From positions 1-53,420 of the forward strand of contig DATATO010000122.1 in the NCBI GenBank assembly GCA_036268755.1: 53,420 nucleotides of DNA, given 5' to 3'. Positions 48,632-53,420 of the stretch are shown one piece after another (position 1 is the first letter of the stretch; each line of letters begins with the position of its first letter). The stretch is from Mycobacteriales bacterium. GTDB lineage: Bacteria; Actinomycetota; Actinomycetes; Mycobacteriales; QHCE01. The position numbers and the translations under genes are program-made. The notes below the pieces were generated by a model. That model saw only the letters and a list, made by a program, of their open reading frames with translations, searched no databases and was not told where the DNA came from.

Positions 48632-49537
48632 CTAGTTCGGCGAACCAAACCTCGACATGCTGTTCTGGAGCTTGCCGATGTCGAATACCTCCGACTCCGG
48701 CGGCGCCTTCACCTCCACCTTTACCCCGAAATCACTATAATTGCCGATGAACTTCAGGTCCCCGCCGTCAGCGTGGGAGGTGATCTCCACCCGCACCGGT
48801 AGATCATCGGAGTTCAGCCAGACGTCCATATCCTGGTATTTCACGCCGAGGGCCTCCTGTTCAGAGCGAAAATCCCGAATTTCGGAGTCCGTCAGCCCGA
48901 CCCGATGGTCGGCGACGAGCTTGGAAATCTCCACTCGGCCGTGGAAATGTCGGGTGTCGACGCCGTTTTTCTTTTCCATGCCGACCTGTGTGATGTCGCC
49001 GGCCTGTCGCAGGAACGCGATGGATCGTGACGGATTGTTGTATCGCAGCTCGTTGCGGATTACCTTGCCGGTGGCATTGCGATTACCGAGGTCGGTAAGC
49101 GACAGCTTCATCCATTTCGCGTTCCCCATGGACGGAAGCATCGGCATGCCGGGCAGCGATGGAAAGGACGGAAGTTGGAAGTCTCCGCCCATCGACACAT
49201 AGGTAGCGTCGTCGGTAATCAACGCGGTAGTCGCACCCTTGCCCTGGCCGGTCGAGATGGAAATCGTTCCGGTTGCCTGTTTCTCCCATGAGATGATGCC
49301 GTCGGCGTGCATCGCCTGTGCCCCGGTCGCGGGAGTGATCTCGCCGTCGACCCGCGCCGACTTTTTCGTCAACACCCTCTGTTGAGCCGTATTGACCATT
49401 GCGAGCGCTCCCCCGGCGGGTGGCGCAGTGCTGTCCTTGGAGTCGGAGCCGCAGGCCGCAAGCCCGCCCGCCAGCAACGCGAAGGCGGCGAGCGCTATGA
49501 CGGCTCGGCGGAGGGCGGTGGCGGACCGATGCGGCAT
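48632..49537 (-). CDS. lipoprotein (LolA/LppX-like fold suspected)
   Basis: Lipobox GGLAACG. Start at the ATG at 49537 (MPHRSATAL). Confidence 0.5.
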   Translation of the reverse strand: MPHRSATALRRAVIALAAFALLAGGLAACGSDSKDSTAPPAGGALAMVNTAQQRVLTKKSARVDGEITPATGAQAMHADGIISWEKQATGTISISTGQGKGATTALITDDATYVSMGGDFQLPSFPSLPGMPMLPSMGNAKWMKLSLTDLGNRNATGKVIRNELRYNNPSRSIAFLRQAGDITQVGMEKKNGVDTRHFHGRVEISKLVADHRVGLTDSEIRDFRSEQEALGVKYQDMDVWLNSDDLPVRVEITSHADGGDLKFIGNYSDFGVKVEVKAPPESEVFDIGKLQNSMSRFGSPN

Positions 49538-49749
49538 GTCGATTTCCCTCGTCGATGGCGGGAGCCCGGGCACTTTCATCTGACACAATAGGACGATTCC
49601 TAACTGTCACCCAGCGAAGTCACAAAAAGCGGCCACAGTATTGCTGCCACATAACTGACAGTCTGCTGCGGCACGGTTGACTCCGACCCGATACACACCG
49701 TTAACTAGCCATCGGGACGTTCGGAGTATTCGGTCGCGAGGGGGCGCAC

Positions 49750-49965
49750 ATGAACGATCGGGGTCTGGTGTCGGTGGCACGATTCTGCGGGAAGTGCGAT
49801 TGCGGCTGCCCGGAGCTGTTTCTCGACCACGACGCGTCGCCGGAGCGGCGGATCGTCATCACCGACGACTTCGGCCAGCGCATCCAGATGAGTCTGACGC
49901 AGCTCGACGACCTGGTCGCCGACGTGAAGGACGGCAGGCTCGACGCGTTGGTGGGCACGCCGTAA
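49750..49965 (+). CDS. small Cys-rich protein, DUF397-like
   Basis: CGKCDCGCPELFL..RIVITDDFGQRIQMSLTQLDDLVADVKDGRLD follows the DUF397 pattern (C.E.., ..D..G..L.., VK.G..D). Confidence 0.4.
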   Translation: MNDRGLVSVARFCGKCDCGCPELFLDHDASPERRIVITDDFGQRIQMSLTQLDDLVADVKDGRLDALVGTP

Positions 49966-50039
49966 TCCCGGCCCCCCGTCCGTCATAGGATGGTCTCGGC
50001 TGCCAGCGGCCGAGAGCTTCTGACGAACGGGGACTAAGC

Positions 50040-50579
50040 GTGGCGATACGACCGGTGCGGCTCTACGGCGATCCGGTGTTGCGCACACCGGCAGCACCCG
50101 TGGTCGACTTCGACGGCGAGCTCCATCAGCTCGTCACCGACCTCATCGACACCATGCACGATGAGGGGGGTGTGGGCATGGCTGCCCCGCAGATCGGCGT
50201 TAGCACGCGGGTTTTCGCGTACGACATTGACGACGTTATCGGGCATGTTGTCAACCCGCGGATCGAGTTCGTGGACGACGAGGAGCAGCTCGGCCCCGAG
50301 GGCTGCCTGTCGATTCCGGACCTGCACTACGACACCCGGCGTCGCCTGAACGCCGTTGCCCACGGCTTCGACATGTTCGGTCAGCCGCTGCGGCTGACCG
50401 GCAGCGGGCTGCTCGCCCGCTGTTTCCAGCACGAGACCGATCACCTGGACGGCATCCTGTTCATCGATCGGCTCGACCCCGACGCCCGCGCCAAGGCGGT
50501 CCGCGAGATCGCGGCCGCCGGTTGGAACAGCATCAGCGCGTCGCAGCTCGAACTCGGTTTCCAGCGGAGCCTCGTCTGA
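50040..50579 (+). CDS. def: peptide deformylase
   Basis: [15 protein letters not shown] and QHETDHLDG. Confidence 0.92.
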   Translation: MAIRPVRLYGDPVLRTPAAPVVDFDGELHQLVTDLIDTMHDEGGVGMAAPQIGVSTRVFAYDIDDVIGHVVNPRIEFVDDEEQLGPEGCLSIPDLHYDTRRRLNAVAHGFDMFGQPLRLTGSGLLARCFQHETDHLDGILFIDRLDPDARAKAVREIAAAGWNSISASQLELGFQRSLV

Positions 50580-50593
50580 CCGCTCCCGGCGGC

Positions 50594-51553
50594 CTGCGGC
50601 TGGTGTTCGCCGGCACCCCCGAACCCGCGCTACCCGCCCTCGACGTCCTGCTCGACTCGCCGCACGAGGTTGTCGCGGTCGTGACCCGCCCCGACGCCCC
50701 CACCGGCCGGGGCCGAAAGCTCGAACCGTCGCCCGTGGCCCGACACGCCGCCGAACGCGGCATCGAGGTGCTGACGCCCCGCACCCCCCGCGACCTGGAG
50801 TTCCTCGCCCGGCTGCGCGAGCTACGGCCCGACTGCTGTCCCGTGGTGGCCTACGGCGCTCTGCTGCCGGTGCAGGCGCTGGAGATTCCCCGGTTCGGTT
50901 GGGTGAACCTGCACTTTTCGCTGCTGCCGGCCTGGCGGGGGGCCGCCCCCGTGCAACACGCTATCTGGCGCGGGGATGAGATCACCGGCGCCAGCGTGTT
51001 CGTGATCGAGGAAAGCCTGGACTCCGGACCGATGTATGGTCAGCTCACCGAGCCGATTGCGCCCACTGACACGGCCGGCGACCTGCTGGACCGGCTCGCC
51101 CGCTCCGGTGCGCAGCTGTTGCGGACCTGCCTGGACGGCATCGCCGCCGGGGGCCTCACCCCGGTGCCGCAATCCGTTGACGGCATCAGCCTCGCGCCCA
51201 AGATCACTGCCGCCGACGCGCGTGTGATCTGGGAAAATCCTGCGCATGCGGTCGATCGACAGATTCGCGCGGTCACGCCCGCTCCGGGTGCGTGGAGTTT
51301 GTTCCGGGAGCAGCGGGTCAAGCTCGGTCCGGTGCTATCGGCCAAGAACATAGAACGGATCGAGTCCGGTCGGCTTCTCGCTACTCACGACGCCGTGTTG
51401 GTGGGCACTGCTACGGCTCCCGTGCAACTTAACCAGGTGCAGCCCGCCGGTAAACGGCCGATGCCGGCAATGGACTGGCTGCGCGGGCTGCACCCGCCGC
51501 TTGCCGCCAATGACCGTGCCGCTAAAGACACAGATGGGGAGTACCTGACATGA
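50594..51553 (+). CDS. fmt: methionyl-tRNA formyltransferase
   Basis: LVFAGTPE and [18 protein letters not shown]. The start codon is uncertain: CTG at 50594 or GTG at 50603. The ORF track begins at 50522, inside def. Confidence 0.85.
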   Translation: MRLVFAGTPEPALPALDVLLDSPHEVVAVVTRPDAPTGRGRKLEPSPVARHAAERGIEVLTPRTPRDLEFLARLRELRPDCCPVVAYGALLPVQALEIPRFGWVNLHFSLLPAWRGAAPVQHAIWRGDEITGASVFVIEESLDSGPMYGQLTEPIAPTDTAGDLLDRLARSGAQLLRTCLDGIAAGGLTPVPQSVDGISLAPKITAADARVIWENPAHAVDRQIRAVTPAPGAWSLFREQRVKLGPVLSAKNIERIESGRLLATHDAVLVGTATAPVQLNQVQPAGKRPMPAMDWLRGLHPPLAANDRAAKDTDGEYLT

Positions 51554-53091
51554 GCGACCGCGGACAAAGGCCTGGCGGCAGCAAGCGGGACCATTCGGGC
51601 AAGCACAGCGGTCACGTGGCGCGCGGCGGTGGCGGCAACGATCGCCGCTTCGACGGTCAGCGCCGTGGCGGTCGCAGCGACTCGGGACCGGGGCGGAGCC
51701 GTTTCGCGGTGGATCCGGTGCGCCGCGCCGTCTTCGACGTGCTCGTCGCCGTGAGCTCCCGGGACGCTTACGCCAATCTGCTGCTGCCCGGGCTGCTGCG
51801 CGACCGCCGGATCAGCGGCCGCGACGCGGCCTTCGCTACCGAGCTCACCTACGGCACCCTGCGTGCCCGGCGTCTGCTGGACGCCGTAATCGTTTCCGCC
51901 AGCAGCCGGCCGCTCCCGGAGATCGATCCGCGGGTGCTGGAGGTGCTGCGACTCGGCGCCTACCAGCTGCTGTATACCCGGGTGCCGCACCACGCTGCCG
52001 TCGACGCGACGGTGGGGGTGGCGAAGGTTGCGCTCACGGACGGGCCGTCGCGGTTCGTCAACGCAGTGCTGCGTCGGGTCGCCGAGCACGATAAGGATGC
52101 CTGGCTTGAGGTGGTGCTGCCGGATCGCGAGGCCGACCCAGCTCTGTATTTGGCCATCAAATACTCACACCCGGAGTGGATTGTTCGAGCCCTTAGTGAG
52201 GCGCTCGGCGAAGATGCCGGTGAACTGTCGGAGACTGAGCGGGCACTCGTCGCGAACAACGAGCGGCCCAGTGTGCAGCTGGCTGCCCGGCCGGGCCGAA
52301 TCGACCGCGCGGAGCTCGTCACCCAGGCCCACGGTGAGGCCGGGACGTTGTCGCCGTACGCGGTGCGCCTGACCAGCGGCGGTGATCCCGGTAATCTGCC
52401 CGCCGTTCGCAACGGCGACGCCCGGGTGCAGGACGAGGGAAGTCAGCTCACTGCGCTGGCGCTCGCCGCTGCGTCGCTGACCGGCCCGGATGCCCGTTGG
52501 GTGGATCTATGCGCCGGACCTGGCGGCAAGGCCGCGCTGCTGACAGACCTGGCCGCCGATCGAGGCGCCAGCCTGACCGCCGTCGAGGTCGCCGGACACC
52601 GGGCTGAACTGGTACGGCAGGCGCTGGAGGGCACTTCGGCGACGGTGATCACGGCCGACGCCAGAACTGTGGGAGAGAACCCGGAGCTGCCCGAGGGCGG
52701 CTTCGACCGGGTGCTGGTCGATGCGCCCTGCACCGGGCTCGGCGCGCTGCGCCGTCGCCCGGAGGCGAGATGGCGCAAGCAGCCGTCCGACATTCCGGAG
52801 CTGACAAGGCTGCAGCGTGAGCTGCTCGCTGCCGCAGTCCGAGCGACGCGGCCGGGCGGTGTGATCTGTTACGCGACCTGCTCGCCACACATGGCGGAGA
52901 CCAAGGTGGTAGTGGCGGACGCCGTCCGCCGGTTCGGGCTGCAGGCGCTGGACACGCCGGCCGTGCTGCGGGAGGTCACCGGCGATCCTGAGCTTGCTGT
53001 GGGCGGCGGATCGACAGCCCAGCTGTGGCCGCACCGGCACGGCACGGACGCGATGTTCATCGCACTGCTGCAGAAGCCAGGAAATGACTGA
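51550..53091 (+). CDS. rsmB: 16S rRNA m5C methyltransferase RsmB/Sun with an Arg/Gly-rich N-terminal extension
   Basis: NusB-like domain, [25 protein letters not shown] and YATCS. The start overlaps the fmt stop. Confidence 0.85.
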   Translation: MSDRGQRPGGSKRDHSGKHSGHVARGGGGNDRRFDGQRRGGRSDSGPGRSRFAVDPVRRAVFDVLVAVSSRDAYANLLLPGLLRDRRISGRDAAFATELTYGTLRARRLLDAVIVSASSRPLPEIDPRVLEVLRLGAYQLLYTRVPHHAAVDATVGVAKVALTDGPSRFVNAVLRRVAEHDKDAWLEVVLPDREADPALYLAIKYSHPEWIVRALSEALGEDAGELSETERALVANNERPSVQLAARPGRIDRAELVTQAHGEAGTLSPYAVRLTSGGDPGNLPAVRNGDARVQDEGSQLTALALAAASLTGPDARWVDLCAGPGGKAALLTDLAADRGASLTAVEVAGHRAELVRQALEGTSATVITADARTVGENPELPEGGFDRVLVDAPCTGLGALRRRPEARWRKQPSDIPELTRLQRELLAAAVRATRPGGVICYATCSPHMAETKVVVADAVRRFGLQALDTPAVLREVTGDPELAVGGGSTAQLWPHRHGTDAMFIALLQKPGND

Positions 53092-53131
53092 TCCGGGCGA
53101 TCGCCTGAGTCTGTGAGCGTCGCCGGCGTTG

Positions 53132-53170
53132 CATGTAACACTTACCGAGATACAGTGTTTCATGTAACAC
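53132..53170. promoter_or_regulatory. direct repeat CATGTAACAC x2 with an internal inverted element (AACACT / AGTGTT), upstream of the antitoxin gene
   Basis: Read directly from the sequence. The copies are at 53132-41 and 53161-70, 14 nt before the ATG. Confidence 0.45.
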
Positions 53171-53183
53171 CTATGGAGGCGCA

Positions 53184-53396
53184 ATGAAGGCAAGTGTTGC
53201 CGAGCGAGTGCGCAAGCGTCGAGCTGCGCTGCGGGCGGCCGGGCTGCGGCCGGTGCAGATTTGGGTGCCGGACTCGCGCAGAAGCGGATTTGCCGAAGAG
53301 TGCAGGCGGCAGTCGCAGATGCTTCGAGACGACCCGCATGAGGTGGAAACGCTGGATTGGCTCGCCGCTGCCTCCGATCGAGAGGGTTGGACGTGA
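53184..53396 (+). CDS. MazE-family antitoxin (DUF3018 type)
   Basis: ERVRKRRAALRAAGLRPVQIWVPDSRRSGFAEECRRQS. Confidence 0.7.
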   Translation: MKASVAERVRKRRAALRAAGLRPVQIWVPDSRRSGFAEECRRQSQMLRDDPHEVETLDWLAAASDREGWT

Positions 53397-53420
53397 GACG
53401 TGGCGATCTTGTCACGATCG
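53393..53420 (+). CDS. MazF/PemK-family toxin, first 9 codons only (runs off the window)
   Basis: The GTG overlaps the antitoxin stop (GTGA). The N-terminus VRRGDLVTI is typical of MazF/PemK. Confidence 0.5.

Overview
This 53.4-kb window is a high-G+C chromosomal segment that looks actinobacterial. The taxon call is an inference from gene content and order. Most of it is conserved housekeeping genes: glyQS, polA, rpsA, rimO-pgsA, clgR-like, recA-recX, miaB, hflX, lexA with a divergent LysM gene, nrdR, ideR, a SigB-like sigma factor, and def-fmt-rsmB. I recognised no rRNA, tRNA, CRISPR array, transposase or integrase. Four patches look lower in G+C by eye (not computed). (1) 3.8-7.1 kb holds a two-gene module: an XRE-HTH protein fused to a PheT-type tRNA-binding OB domain, then a patatin-fold protein lacking the nucleophile serine. 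This is my best candidate for an undescribed system. (2) 11.3-12.0 kb holds an orphan gene translationally coupled to polA. (3) 31.4-33.2 kb is a gene-decay zone with an amine-oxidase pseudogene joined in frame to an acyl-CoA dehydrogenase 3' remnant. (4) 43.4-44.9 kb is a toxin-antitoxin islet with a DUF433/MerR protein, a PIN-like protein and a truncated AbrB-type remnant. Other notable points: a second, fused alpha-beta GlyRS sits in the same window as the canonical dimeric GlyRS. A LivK-type solute-binding lipoprotein appears circularly permuted. A 42-nt block is shared by the 3' regions of the malic-enzyme and lexA genes, and one copy lies inside a 117-nt long-stem inverted repeat. Two secreted/anchored paralogues sit in tandem, one with a repeated RxGTVYGG tail. 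An MFS gene is frameshifted at a C5 run. SOS boxes lie upstream of recA and lexA/LysM. A mazEF-like pair runs off the right edge. All family assignments come from reading the translated ORFs; no database search was run.
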